The notes beneath the pieces are model-generated. The model was not told where the DNA came from. It did no database searches and was given only the letters and a program-made list of their open reading frames with translations. A stretch of 62,255 nucleotides of DNA, counting the filler, from Choristocarpus tenellus KU-1152 (Eukaryota > Protista > Phaeophyceae), in NCBI GenBank assembly GCA_964200185.2. It is 8 parts of 8 records of this genome, joined end to end, with 100 filler letters (N's around TTAATTAATTAA, not from the genome) between each part and the next. Parts side by side here need not be neighbours in the genome. Positions count along the whole stretch, not along the records: positions 28,255 to 39,172 come from CAXNAD020002626.1; positions 39,273 to 42,560 come from CAXNAD020021016.1; positions 42,661 to 45,868 come from CAXNAD020021536.1; positions 45,969 to 53,563 come from CAXNAD020005906.1; 4 more parts are not named here. The stretch is one strand, 5' to 3'. Of the stretch, positions 37,933-51,543 are shown in pieces. Both the position numbers and the translations under genes were made by a program. Position 1 is the stretch's first letter; each line of letters starts with the position of its first letter.

Positions 37933-39151
37933 TCACCAGACAACTGGCTCTTCCTTAACCCCTGTGTGCTTCACACTGAAGTCATTCCCCCCTTTGTATC
38001 TAAGTATTTGATTGTACACCACAAAGAGGACCTGCGAAGCCCTCTCAAGTGTGGTTTCATCATGCTCCTCATACCATTCCTTAATGACCTTCAACATCTC
38101 CTCAACGGACCCAAACCGCTCCCCCATCACCCAGCATTTAAAAGACCTGAAGAAGCACAGGTCCATGATATTGAGGTCGAGGGAGTTAGATGGCTGCGTC
38201 ACAAGCCTAATCAACCACCCCTCAGTCTTTCCTGCCCCTGACAAGATTTCTGATTTGCCCTTGCCCATGTGGCGGGTGGCACCGTCTTGCTGCATGATAA
38301 CATGCTTCCCCTGCAACCAAGGCATCTCAGTCTTGATTGCAGGCAGGCAGTAGCTCCTCCGTGTACCATTTCCTGCACCATGAATGATCTAAAGTACTGT
38401 CCTGCTCATACACATCCCCCTTTTTATGGTTCTTGCTTGTCCTGTCTGCCGTTTTTGGTGCACACACACGCCAAACACCAAGCTTTCCATCAAAGCTGTG
38501 AGTCGAATCTGGGCGGCTGTTGGCTGCAATGATCATGGTTTTGGGGATATGACTCTTGTGCTGCACAGCAGGTGACCTTGGATGGTCGCTACCATCCTCA
38601 TGCAGAAATATCCTAACCCTTTCCCCATCAGCCATCACGTAAAACCAGGTTTCAGTCACATGGATTGTGTTCGCCATGGAGGTGTACACACCACGTTTCC
38701 GGTCCACTTAATCGCAAACAAAGTCCATCTTCCATACCTTTTGCCACGATTTAAGCTTGGGTTTGATGCAGCGGCGATTCACCATGATCCCCATATCATC
38801 CAACCACCTATTTATGGTGCTCGTGCCATAATTCAACCCCTTGGTGGCCATCTTCATTGTCACCTGACGCAATGTGGATGACCGATTATCGGAGTGGATA
38901 CTATGTATTGCGACCATCTTGGTTAGCGTGAGCTCCAAAGGATGCCCACTACGTGCCACCACCCCTAGGTCAAGCGTGTGGCCACGGGCAAGCTGATTGG
39001 CGACATCCTCCCAGAGCCCTCGCATGTATCGCTCGGACACTCCAACCTCCGCTGCAAGGGCCAGCCCAACATGTCGCGGCAGTTTATGCTCACCACGGTT
39101 CATCGCGAGGGTGTGCCATACTGCAAGCGCAACCCTGGTATTCAGGGACAA
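37933..39151 (-). mobile_element. Tc1/mariner superfamily transposase pseudogene related to the DD39D plant/oomycete mariner group (here DD40D)
   Basis: HTH region, IHV(T)ETWFY, VQHKSHIPKTM, FDGKLGVW, QQDGATRH and QPSNSLDLNIMDLCFF. In-frame TAA at 38708-38710, a 4-nt duplication frameshift near 38340-38350, first catalytic D lost; 5' end cut by linker. Confidence 0.9.
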
Positions 39152-39594
39152 TTGGGCACCCTTCCTACGCAGNNNNNNNNNNNNNNNNNNNNNNNNNNNN
39201 NNNNNNNNNNNNNNNNTTAATTAATTAANNNNNNNNNNNNNNNNNNNNNNNNNNNNNNNNNNNNNNNNNNNNATTATCATCAAATAAGTATGTCCTACAA
39301 CCACCTTCGGCATGGATTCCCATTCAAAAAGGGGCCCTTAAAAAGTGCCGCAACATTTACAAAAAAAAACATATGGGAACTTTCTGCGCACCATTTCGGG
39401 AAAAATCAATCCTCCATGAAATGATCCATCCGCCATTATCTTGGTCCGCTGTTACAAGAACAAATGATCGGGCTATTCGCCTGTAACACTGCTGGTCTCG
39501 AGTACATTTGTGTCTTTGTTATATTTTGACTCATTTTAGACGACTTTTTGGAAAAACCTCGATCCAAAAGTAGTGTAAAAAACGTGAGAGCTTG

Positions 39595-39730
39595 CTAGAT
39601 ATAAGAGAGAATTCAGAGGAGAACGTCAAAACCTCTCTTACGCCTGAGAAATCAAGACAAGCCAATTCACCCTCTCTTATATCCCGTTTTCTCTTATATC
39701 GACCTCTCTTATATTGGTACATTCCCTATA
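39595..39730. mobile_element. probable DNA transposon terminus with reiterated CTCTTATAT motif (pogo/Tc1-like layout)
   Basis: CTCTTATAT at 39674, 39691 and 39706 plus an inverted copy at 39599, ending at TATA (39727-39730); partner end not seen. Confidence 0.4.
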
Positions 39731-39892
39731 TGATGTTTTTTTTAAAACTATGTAGTGGTTGGTAAGAGAGAAGCAAGATTTCAAGTTCCATCCTCTGCCA
39801 CAAACCCATCGTCAGTTGTTGCGATGTGTCGACCATGTTCGTTTTTGAGGGCCTTTGTCGTTCATCAGGAATAGTTTAGAGGGAGAGATGGG

Positions 39893-42124
39893 ATGTCGTA
39901 CACTTTTGTGCGCGATATATGTCGGGGTGACGTGGTGAGTGTCGAGCGCCCTATTGCCGCTATTCAGAGGTCTGATACCAAACCCTGGATAGTGTCGTGC
40001 CCAGGTTGTTCAAAGCATGTCGGAGACTTGAACATGCAGCTTGCTGTATCCCACGTGGGAAGAGCAGAGGCGTTTTCGCTACTCTCTGACCAGGAATTGC
40101 GTGGAAGAACCAATGCAAAGGTTAACAGGTTGCCTGGATCACTAAGTCTTGATGGAAGTTCAATTGTGCCCTGTATCATGGGCTGTGGAGATATATACTG
40201 CAGTGAGGCATGCCGACATCGCTGCTGGGAATCGGGCCATTGTGTCCTCTGTGTGGGACCCGTCCAAAATGAGGATCATCCCCTTCTCAGGTTCAAGGCG
40301 AGTCGCCTGGCGTGGGAGGCGCTGGAGACCGCTGGTGTTAACTTACATCGAATATGCATGTCTCGATTGGGCAAGAACTTAACGTTTTATTTATTGATAC
40401 TGAGGTGTCTGCAAAGTTCTTTGTCATTAATCTCGTTCGCTAAATCTCGAGATATTTCCTTCCAATGTTCCCTTGGTGGATGGAACCACCTTCAGTAATT
40501 AACTCGTAAATATTTGTGATGAACCGGGCAATCTGCGATGCCCCTCCGACTCGGTCTGCCCATTTATAATCTTGGTATGAGCTCGCACTTTTGAGCTGGA
40601 AAATTTCAACTCTGGGTAATGATCCTGGTCCATGATACTCGGTGGGGTGTCTCATTATTTCCTGGGTAATGCAGCAGGCAAAGCTTGCCGTACCTTCTAC
40701 TAAAAGTTGTACGAGAGTATTGAGTCGAAGTCATGGTGTCCATGGGAGATATGGTGTACAAATGCTTGGAAGGGCGAACTTTCATCGTTAACACTCGACA
40801 AGGTATAGTTGCACGACGAAAATAACATGACACAAGCAGTATGCGTCATACATTAATGATATCGAGTTTCAAGTACCCTTTGGGAGTGGCGAACACTACC
40901 TAGCTGCAGTCATTAATGCATTGCCCTAGTCTGCATAATGTGTACCTGCTATTTTTTCGTTCAAGTGTGCCCTATGGTAGTTCTTGTTGTAGTACCTGCT
41001 ACTGAGTATGCTTGAGTTGATCTGATGGACTTTTTTTTGTAAACATTTCGAAGTTCATGGATATGCATGTTCGAAATTGTACCTTGGCTTGAAGGAATGG
41101 CTACTAAAGTCTACGCCAACAAAATCTACTATACAACACTCACAACATGATGGAGACGATACTTCACTACTGGTATTTCTCAGTGTCGTCCTATTGCATA
41201 AATTCTGTAACCATTTGCTTCTAGTTCATAGACAAGTAATCTTTGTGAAGTTTTTTATATTCTGCTTCAAGTCTTTCCACTTACTCATACTCTCAGCAGC
41301 CTGTCCCTCAGTGCACCATTCGCAAAGTTTGAGTATTTGTGAGCTTGTGGAATGCTGCGAGTATATAACGTTGTTGCCATTGACGCAGAACTAACCATCA
41401 TAGAAGCACTAGAGTGTAGTCAAGGATGATGCCTATTGTTCCCCTTCTTCCCTTATGCTTAAAATGATTCTGAGGGCTTGTCGCCCTGTTTACCATCCAT
41501 TGACCATTTTCCACCCTTGCCACTGTCTTGCTCTCCCCCCACTTTCCCCTTGATTGCTGCCTGGCATTCCAGTTGCACGCCTTATCAGAGCCCATTTTCG
41601 AGCCATTTTTGGTCCTGGCTGCCCAATTGATTACCCAAGCCGCTCTCAAGATCATCTGCGCCCGCCAATGCGACTGCCCTTCCCCTGGGGCTGCCAATCA
41701 CAACACTGGGCAATGCACAGCCCAACCTAAGGGCGACGAAAAAGAGCCAACAGGTGCTGTTGCGGGCATTGGATTTTTGAAAGAAAAGGACAAATGCCTC
41801 AAGAGTTGTGCCAGAGAGGGGAATGAAGAAACAGAAGATAAGTTGTTTGGAGGGGGGGAGACTGATGAGTGCGGTGTGGTGAGGGCATTGCTCTCTCACT
41901 TTCCTCGAGGAGGCATTTCGGAGAAGTCAACCTCCGGGCGGGGGATACCATCCCGTGTTTCAAATGAGTCTTGGAGTCTTTTGGTTGAGGTGCTGGCAGT
42001 GGCAGGGGAACAAGTACAGTGCTTTGTTTGTGGAATGAATGCTGCGGCCCTGCCGTACCTCCTTGACAGGGATTTTCACTCGACTTTGTTGGCTGGGCTG
42101 GTGGCCAACTGCATTGATATGGAG
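39893..42124 (+). CDS. SMYD-type split SET/MYND zinc-finger protein (SMYD5-like); partial, 3' cut by linker
   Basis: Exon 39893-40297 (AAG|GCGAGT donor) and 41573-42124 (GAG|GTGAGG). RDICRGDVVSVERP, CPGC, C..GCGDIYCSEACR..CWESGH..LC and HPLLRFK-LHAL. Confidence 0.72.
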
Positions 42125-42660
42125 GTGAGGGATAGGGACTCAGGGCTCCTTGGCGTGAATGCTGGGACTGCTTGTGGGGTAGGATGCTGTTGAGAGAGAG
42201 TCTGAGTTGAATATTTGCAAAGCTCTTTCTTTACCCAGTTGAGCATGACCTGGCTAGCTTCAAACCAGATCGTGTCGAGGGTTGTTCAGGGATTTTTGTT
42301 CCATATATAGGTGGGGAAAAGGGCATGCGTTGCTGGTCTAGGGTGGTTTCAACACCACTGGTTGGCTTTTGTTGCGTCTCCCGCTGAAGAATGCCTGAAG
42401 CGGGAAAAACGCATCTGAGCGCACTCTGTGGAACAATACATGTAATGGTGGAAAAAAAAAATTATGGTTGTTTGAGCTGGGATCCTGTGACTCTGTTGCA
42501 AGGCAGGAACACCATACCCTCTTGGAAGAGCTAGTTCAATACACCCCGTCCCCCCTCTTGNNNNNNNNNNNNNNNNNNNNNNNNNNNNNNNNNNNNNNNN
42601 NNNNTTAATTAATTAANNNNNNNNNNNNNNNNNNNNNNNNNNNNNNNNNNNNNNNNNNNN

Positions 42661-42731
42661 CACAAAAATCGCGACATGAAAAAATTGACCCCAAATGGAC
42701 AGCCGCCACCCCCTCCCAGATACTTTGAGCC
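42661..42731. mobile_element. MITE family 2 end, truncated at linker
   Basis: TGACCCCAAATGGACAGCCGCC..CCCAGATACTTTGAGCC. Confidence 0.8.
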
Positions 42732-45700
42732 TTCTCACTTCTTGTTACAACGTCTTCTTCTGACATTTTGGTCTCCCCAGATGATCCGCCTTAGACGATA
42801 TCTACTTCAGCCCATTTAGGCCCGAGCTAATGCGTTCCTGCCCCCCCCTGGTCAAGAACTAGTCTTGATACGATCCTCTTTGTCATGTCTCGTTGTGTAT
42901 CATATGATCATGTTGTGGTTGGATCAGGAAGTGTCAGGATACTTCTCCGGCTGCTTTTCAGAGTAAACAATCTATATTCCGTCCCATCGGTCTTTGTAAA
43001 CTACAATCCAGGTCCACCAAAAGAAGGGGCCAATCGCAAAGAATCTTCTCATTTCCATTATAATTTTCTCACTGACAGTTTCCCCACTTGAATTAGAAAC
43101 AAGCGACGAATTTTACTTCGAGGACCCGCGACACATTTTCCAGGGTTAATTTGGGAACTTTCCCATTCTGTACATAAGCTAATGACAAATCATCTATGAC
43201 TGTACCTCCAAGAACCTTTCCATCACTAACAGTAATAACCCATTTCTCTACCACAGGTTTTGGGTCTATCAATATAGGGTTATTTATTGTATATGCCGAA
43301 CACCTACTACGCCATCCCAATCCTCAATCGCCACATTTACTTGATTTAAACCTTTGACACATTTTGCAATATGTGTGAGGGAAAAACCTGTATAAATCAT
43401 AGGTCGTTCATTGTAAGAGACCATATCTAAAACGTATTCACTGCTTGAGTTTTTATTGGTATGCCCTACTGAAGGTCATCCATAAACACACCATTCCCAC
43501 CCTTCCTTAGGGTATTTCTCTTTAAGTTATTTTATCTTGTGAAATCTTTCAATTCCACTCTAATGTGATGGCCTTGAGAAATCAGAACTTCCATCCACCC
43601 ATAGATGCACACATAAGGAAAGTAGTAGGTTAATAGTACTTCCATGTCGTCATCACCATTATACACCACAAACTTCGCAGGAAGTGGGATAAATTGCTTC
43701 AGGCCTTTTGCTGTAGTCCTATCACGGTTCGGGGTTCTGCCAACTCCCTTCTCTCCCTCATCACAGCACAACTCGACTTCCTCGCCACCATCTCTGACTG
43801 CTGCCTTTTCTTCTGTTGCTGCTTTATTCTTTGTACTCCTTCCACAATGTTTGACGTTGTGGATGGTAGCTTCGGTCAGGACTTCTCCAATCAATTCACG
43901 TTAGTCTTTAAAACTTAGCACACTTCAATAAGTAATGCTACTTAACATGTTGAAGGAACTGAGCATTGTTTCCGAAGACTTTGTCCACATTAATGCAACG
44001 ATCCGTTCCTTCCTGTCTTGGAAACTATGTAGATGAAGCACAGATGAAGGAGTGAGGCTTTCATCAGATGCCCTTGTCACCAGTCAATCTTATTTTGTGG
44101 ATCACTATTCATTCATCACCAATAGCTTGGTACAATATTTCCTATTCTCAACTCTTCACTATTATAGTCCATTAGCCCATACTTACCTTCTATCCTTTAG
44201 AAGACAACCTTCTCCTCTACTCTCTCAACCTACCGTTTCTTACAAAATCACTTTCACACAAGAATTGGGCAGAAATATTGTTGGCAATTATCAAGGATTG
44301 ACTTTGATCCACATTTCTGGGGTCTTCCCTCCTCCCCCCTCTCCTCCTGCTCTTATTAGATTTGAGAAAATATCTTATTTTGAGAAATTTGTCAGCAATT
44401 TTGGTGGTGTCCTTAGTGCTGCAGTTTTCAACTGTGAAGAGTGCACCACCATTTGAGGTGACAAATCAATGCTTTAGTGTTAGACTGTTTTCCCACGGGT
44501 TCAGGGTGCGAGCAAAACCCTTTTTGGTTCCTGGGACCAGATTTTTGCAATCGAGTTTATTTTCCAATGCAGTGTCTTGTTACAAACCCTTGACCATGAA
44601 GTGCTTGCCCTCGAACTTGTCCTGCCTGCCAAGACTTAGGGATCCATTAAAATTAAAATTCACCCACAAAACACTGCCTTCACAATTTTGCGATAAAAAG
44701 TTGATTGTGCTGAATGTACTCCTTGCATTGCTGTCTATTTTGCACTATCCTGCTTGTTTCTCTCTTACCTGCCTCCATCTTGACTACTGGGTGCGTCTTT
44801 CATTGCCACTCCTTGGTCACCTGTTCCCTGACTTATTGTAGTTTAGGCCTCGCATCTAGTGTCCTCTGACTCTCAATCGCCCCCTTTGCTAGCCTCCCTT
44901 GTGGAGATCTTTGTCTTGCCCACCGTTTGCCTCTTTAATTCCCATTCTTGGTCCGGATCTTGAATCGTAACATACAGTTTCAAGGGGAGAGCCCCTTTTG
45001 CTGGCCGCAATGGAGATGAAGAGGGGGCAGTTGCTAACTGGGGAAACATGAGGTGAGATAGTTGGCGATTGCTTTCACGGTCATAACAGGAACAAAATTC
45101 TCGGTCTTACTATTAAATCTAATTCCTCCTGCAATAGAATTGATGTACTGTCAAGTCCGTGACTCTCAGGGATCCCCAATTTGGACCAAGGTAGGACATC
45201 GACCGGGCTGACCATGCTTCAAGTAGTGTCATCAGGGACAGAGGGTCAGGTGACCATCCTGGGGGAAGCTAAGCAGGAATTCTGTAAAGGATTAGAGAGA
45301 AACCGCAGGATAGTGATAGTCTCATGTGGGGTGGGAGTCACTTTTCCAGTCCAATGATAAAGGACTCGACAACACTGGAAGGTCATAGGAGGAGACAGGA
45401 GAACTCATAGGCACCACCACCCACACAAGAGGTATCTCTGGGATCTGTGTCAAACTACCTCTCCCACACAGTGCGTACTCAAACGTCACCTGTTCCAATA
45501 CCCTTGCCCATGTATCACAGACAATTGCCCCATCTGTCAGTCCCTAACGGACAAACCCATCCTTCCTTTTCTCTGCTCACACCCCCTCCACCTGGACAGT
45601 GGTTGTGCCTCTGACCTCTAGTTCTGTTCTTGTCCCCAATAATCCTTCCCATCCCGTGCCCAGATCCCTCCTTGTTCTCCGAGTTAGTTGAGCACACAGC

Positions 45701-45968
45701 CCAACCTCAAGCACTTACCCAATCCCTTCGCAACTAATCCAACTCAGCCCCCTCCATCACACCTTTCCACCTCCTTTCCCTCCCGTTCCCCCCTCCTAGT
45801 ACTTTGGAGACCAACCTCCTAGATTATAATTCGGAGCAAGACTCCCCCTCCTATTCCTATCACCCCTCNNNNNNNNNNNNNNNNNNNNNNNNNNNNNNNN
45901 NNNNNNNNNNNNTTAATTAATTAANNNNNNNNNNNNNNNNNNNNNNNNNNNNNNNNNNNNNNNNNNNN

Positions 45969-46043
45969 AATGCACTTTTCCTGATTTTGGTCCAAATGGA
46001 CACCCTGGTGTAGACCCGCCCCCGCCCCCAGATGCTTTGGGTC
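45969..46043. mobile_element. MITE family 2 end, truncated at linker
   Basis: CACTTTTCCTGA..CCAAATGGACACCCTGGTGTAGACCC..CCCAGATGCTTTGGGTC. Confidence 0.8.
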
Positions 46044-46078
46044 TTCACGAACATATATATCATGCATGTACGTGTAAA

Positions 46079-46338
46079 GAGCCAAAGTATCTTAGAAGCT
46101 AGACCCAAGTCCATATGGGGGTCAAAATCCAATGTTGCAATTTTGATGTAATTTTGGCTATAATGTTTGTTAGGAGATGTCAATATCCCCCTTCCGGACA
46201 CACCTTTTCATAACGTATACATTTTACCAACTCCGAAATATTTTGGAGTAGATAAAATGTCATTAAAAACCCGTGGGGAAGCCAAGCCCCAAATGGACAA
46301 ACAGGGAAAACCTCGTACCCTCTAAGTTACTTTCACTC
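46079..46338 (-). mobile_element. MITE family 1, copy D
   Basis: GAGCCAAAGTATCTTAG...TACCCTCTAAGTTACTTTCACTC; flanks AAA/CAA. Confidence 0.9.
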
Positions 46339-49300
46339 CAAACGGCTGAGAAAATCTCTGAAAAACAGAGCAGCCGCACGACAATCAAACATATCCTACA
46401 TATCTTACTCAGTACAAATGCCTCTTCAAAGTACATCATACACCCAAGTGTAACTTCCTCCCGTCCAAGAGGCAGCACTAACTCAACACACATTGCATGT
46501 ATCATATTCCTCCTTCCTAATCAATCTGCAGGTTACCCGATTGGCATCCTGCAGAACACTCCCACAACATGGAAAATCTATGTTATCTATTATATTTGTT
46601 AGTGTACTCATTTCTCAATAGAACTATGTTCTCGAATATGCTCCTTTGATTGACCAGGCAATAATTTACCTCACTTCAAGTCAACAATGAACATTGGTAC
46701 ATACAATCCAAATTCTGGCAGTCGACTAACCCCAACACTCCCCACCTACGTTTATGCTGATCGAACAAAGTTTTTGGTCGCCCTCCGCGAAACCCTCTTT
46801 GTTGTTGATTTCTGGGAAGAAAAGTAGAAATAAAACTTGATGCAATACCAAACCGCATGCTAAAATAGTAGAATGTGGATGATGGAGGAAACCCCCCCGA
46901 AAAGGCAACCTGTTGGAACATTTTCTGGGTTCCTTACTAAACAAGGAGTAGATATCTTTTGCTTTGCTCTACGTGTTGTACAGCATCTCACTGAATCTAT
47001 CATGTAAGTGAAGCACTGCTCGCTTCCCAAGCCAAACCAATTGTGAGGTAGGCTGATTTGGACCCCTTAGGCATTCTAGGTTATCCTTAATATCCTGTGC
47101 AGTACACTCTAATTCACTGTATTGAGTGTGCAATAGTGTAAAATTGATATCCCCCTTTTACGCACACAGAGTGACACCACAATCAAACCAAAGCCTTTTC
47201 TGTAGTTCTATTAAACGGTGTATTTTTGCCCTTTCTTGGGATCCTTAAAATGCAACCCTGCCTACCTCTCAATTGGTTAGTCAGGACAATAAATGTTTCT
47301 ATTATCTTCTGACTTCACTCCACATGCTTCACGCGATTCTGTCTTTCAGTATCGAATATGACCACCTGTGATGGTGTACGGCGAAAGAAATGATCTCATA
47401 CGTCTTTATGCCAGATTTTATCCTCTCCCCTGTCTCACCCTTAACTGATCATCTCTTCTCTTCTTTTCTTCTTTGCCACCCCACTCATAAAACGTATAAA
47501 TGTCTCACCAAACCCATTTCCTTCAAGATTCATGGGCATGAAGTAGACCCTACCACTCGGCGGGTCACCAAGTAAGAAAAAGGAGGCTACTCGAGAGTAT
47601 AATGTTGTGGTATTTACCTCTGGTGGTATAGTTATTCTTAAATCGTGAACTATTTCTTGCACAGTAGTCATGTCGTATCGCCATCTAAACCACAAACCCG
47701 TTTATTTCACTCGACCTTCCGCAAATCTGGAGTAACAACTGCTAAAATGTAGGCATCTTATATCTTCAGCAGGTAGTCAAAAATATGTATCCTGCCCTAC
47801 TCTGTGTCAAGGAATCTTCCACAAGTAGTACGTACACAACGCCATACCACACGGAGATCACAGGTGAAACAGCATGGTGGTGCTCTAGGTACTGGGCTGG
47901 TGGGCGAGGTGGTGCTTGACTGACACGTGGGAGACTTTTATTGTTTCTAGAACGCCTTCATAGCGTCAGTGTAGGAGTAGTTTCAGGTTCATGTGTCACG
48001 GTATGTTTCTTGGTCATTTTTCAGATAAAATACCAGTACACAGTATATACTTTCCTAATGTCGACAGGTTAATCTCGTGTTTTCAATTACACTACAACTA
48101 CTACTGTTGATGTACTGGAATGTCCTTCTCTCATTATAAACAGTACATACGGTATCATTGTGTTTGTTTCTGGTGTCCTTCTTGTTCCCTCCCTGGCAAC
48201 ATCCGCAAAATGTCAATGGGCATATATGCAGGGGTAGGAAAACGATACAATCAATACTAGTATTTACCACTATACTACTGTGCACTCCCCTGGTTGAAAA
48301 AAACACTAACGACAAATAAAATATCAACAACGTGAGAGCTTACTCTGCTGAATAAATATATTTTTTGTCATCAGGAACCAAATGAGCATGGATGAATATG
48401 CTAGTAGTATGTAGTTCCTTCCTACTTGATCTGTGCCTAGCATCTCTGTGTGGTCCTTCTTTTCATTCCACTTTGCTTGCCTCATGTGCAATAACTTCTC
48501 TAACATACACCTACCAGTCGCACATTGTGACTGTTGCGATCAGCTCCCGAACCTGCCACTTCGTAGTCAAATGTCATGCTATCATGCGTAGCAGGCAAAA
48601 CTATCCGTCATCATGTGCAAGATCATGATTTCACTACCAAGAATAAGGTTAATCTATAATCACATTCTGCATGCCACCTATTTACATATTTTCGACACCC
48701 AGAACAAACCATTCTTCTTTTACCATGGCCACATTTTATTTCGCAAAAAATACATCAGCTGCATCCACGGTCTCCTCCAAATATTCAACAATCGCTCAGC
48801 AGTACATCACCACTACTAATTTCTGCTCCCAAAGTCATCATGCTAACTACCACCAACATATATATAGTTATACTTGGAGTGTATCAACTTGAAACCCATT
48901 CTGTCGTCACCATACACGACTATACCTGTACACCTACTCAAGTTCAGGATAATTCAAACATGGTAGACACATAATTTATCCAGGGACAGGGGTGGTCGGA
49001 GTGGCACTATGTGCTGGGCATATTACCTGCTACGGTGGAAAGATTATGCGAACAAAGTCCTTCACTTAGTTTTGAGGACTTGTGGGCACATACATTGGTT
49101 GGAGAAGGGAGAGACGAACGTTTTGATAATAATACCAGAAGTTCACAAACGATAAGCCACCAAAACTTAAGATAACAGACGAAAGGAGGAATCCTTAGCG
49201 CAACACTTTCTGGAAGTATAACCCCTTCCCCCCTCTTTTAATCACAGAAGTACTTCCTAGTAATATTTTATCACTTTTTTTCCACATTAATTTAGTCTTC

Positions 49301-49867
49301 ACGATCGAACTACAGGTACTAGCATACATGCCCTCGTGTACTTTGAAGTACAATATTGATATATAGCCATTCCATCCAATACATATTTTTTATATATGGA
49401 TTAATTATTCCCTCCTACTACTACTTGATTGTACTATAAAATTGTGATTAAGGTAATGAGGGGACGAGAGACATTGTACGAAAAACATTATTTATAACAT
49501 CAGATGAACAGAACAGTCTATCTGTCATATTGAGCCAAATTGGATTAGTTTGTCGAGCAACCTCCCCTAAAGCCTAACCCCTCAATTTGATATTGGCACG
49601 ACTCAAAATAAACTTTTCAACAGGTCATGAAACTTGCTTGACTCGACACCCATTATTACTTTGTCCAGTACACTTAGTTAGGCGCAATCACTTAAGGAAA
49701 TAGTGGGTGGGAAAATTGCTCTATCAGTCGAATATCTTACTACCCTTCTCCCAGACATACGTCTTTCCCCCAAAACAGAGTGCCTTAACTAATTGGTTCA
49801 GGATCTGAACATACGTTTTTCCAGATAAGGCTTCTCATTTCCCTCTCTTCTCACTACTATATAATTT

Positions 49868-51543
49868 TATTATTATGCCTTTTGACATTTTGCAGATGAG
49901 TCAGGGAGGAAACCAATGAAAACTATATATATGTATATAAAATGTCCTAAACATAAGAATACTATAAAACATTGCGTGGAAACCACTAATCCACTACTAT
50001 CATTAATCCAGAATATTAAAATAAAATAATAATCATTCTTAAGTGTTTTTTCATTTTAATCCACTGAGTATTTGATTTAACACAACCTGAAAAAAAGTGT
50101 GCACGTGACGCCGAATGTGCTAGGAAGTTAAAAAATGAAAGTCACTTGAAGCGTATACAGACGTGAAAAATCTGACCATATTGATAATCGCAAGGATTCC
50201 ATTACGATATCGATTTTCGATTAAAACCAATCGGCTTCGATAGGATCGTCCCGAAATACAATACCATGTACTTGTAACTGCTCTATAATCACCAACCTGA
50301 ACTGTATTACAGCAACTAGCCAGGTCTATAATCATCTCTAGATGCTAACACATTCTCTGTAACTGTGAGCAGAAGGCATTGTTCACCCTATACCCTCCCC
50401 CTATAACTCTTTCCTTGGACACAAGCTACGTACATACTTTCGATTTGCTTTCTCCACTCTACATTTTTTTTACCACTTTTATTACATATCATCCACCCAT
50501 CACTATTTGTTTCCTTCTCTTTGATCTGGAGTAGAAGTAAATAAATGCGTCGTATGTGATCGTAATGTTTGAATTTTGATTTTTTTGGGTGCTCCTTCCA
50601 CTTCCCCAATCAATGTCAAAATATTTGTTTCCTCCTGTATTGCTTGCCTGTATATCTCTATACCCCCGATTGGACCTACAATAGAACACAACTGCTTTTA
50701 TTTTTTCCCTTTCCGTGCTGGTTCTTTTCAGGTGGTCACCTTCAACCTCATCCTCTCTGTTCTATAATAATATGCTTCCCTCATCCACCACGCACCATGC
50801 ACGATGTGTACATTTACCACATGCACGTGGGAGCTACCCCTGCTTAGGGAATTACCCCCCCTATTATTAATAAAGGGGGACAGAAATCAGGTGTAAGTTG
50901 GAGCACTTCAACAGAGACATTCACCATGTCATTCCTGCACTTATTTCCGGCATCCTTAATAGGGGGAGTGGTTCACCAAGAGGGGGTGGGTCCCACATAC
51001 ATGGCTACTTTAGTTCATACCCTAAATCTAGAAATGAAATCTGGTTCTTAAATCCTCCAACATTACCTATCATCTCCTCATCCATGCACCAACACTACTA
51101 GGAACCAATGCATTTTTCTACTCCCTCCCACCCACAAACTCACACAGAATACCACACCTCTTCTAGCAACCATTACTTAATCATTACATTATTATTGTTC
51201 ATTGTGCTATGTACTAATTATTGAAGATACTAATCACGGGTTATATATGGAGTATTAGAAGTAAACGGTGATATGACATTATTTTGAAAACGGTGTAGTA
51301 GTACAAGGTCAAAAACCATTCAGAGTGATAGTGTCAACATTATGGGTCGTTCCATGTTGGCGTTGTATACCCTAAAGCTATGGTACTACATCATGACTAC
51401 CATACATAAACTATACTTTGAAGTACTATTTTAGTTGAAGGGATACGATACAAACGTTTTATATACACATATTATGTATATAGTTTTCATTGGTTTTCCC
51501 CTGACACATCACATCTGCAAAATGTCAGAGGGCATAATAATAT
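49868..51543. repeat. pair of about 80-bp inverted repeats (49868-49945 and about 51456-51543)
   Basis: TATTATTATGCC.T.TGACATTTTGCAGATG...TCAGGG..AAACCAATGAAAACTATATA is present on opposite strands about 1.5 kb apart. Confidence 0.8.
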
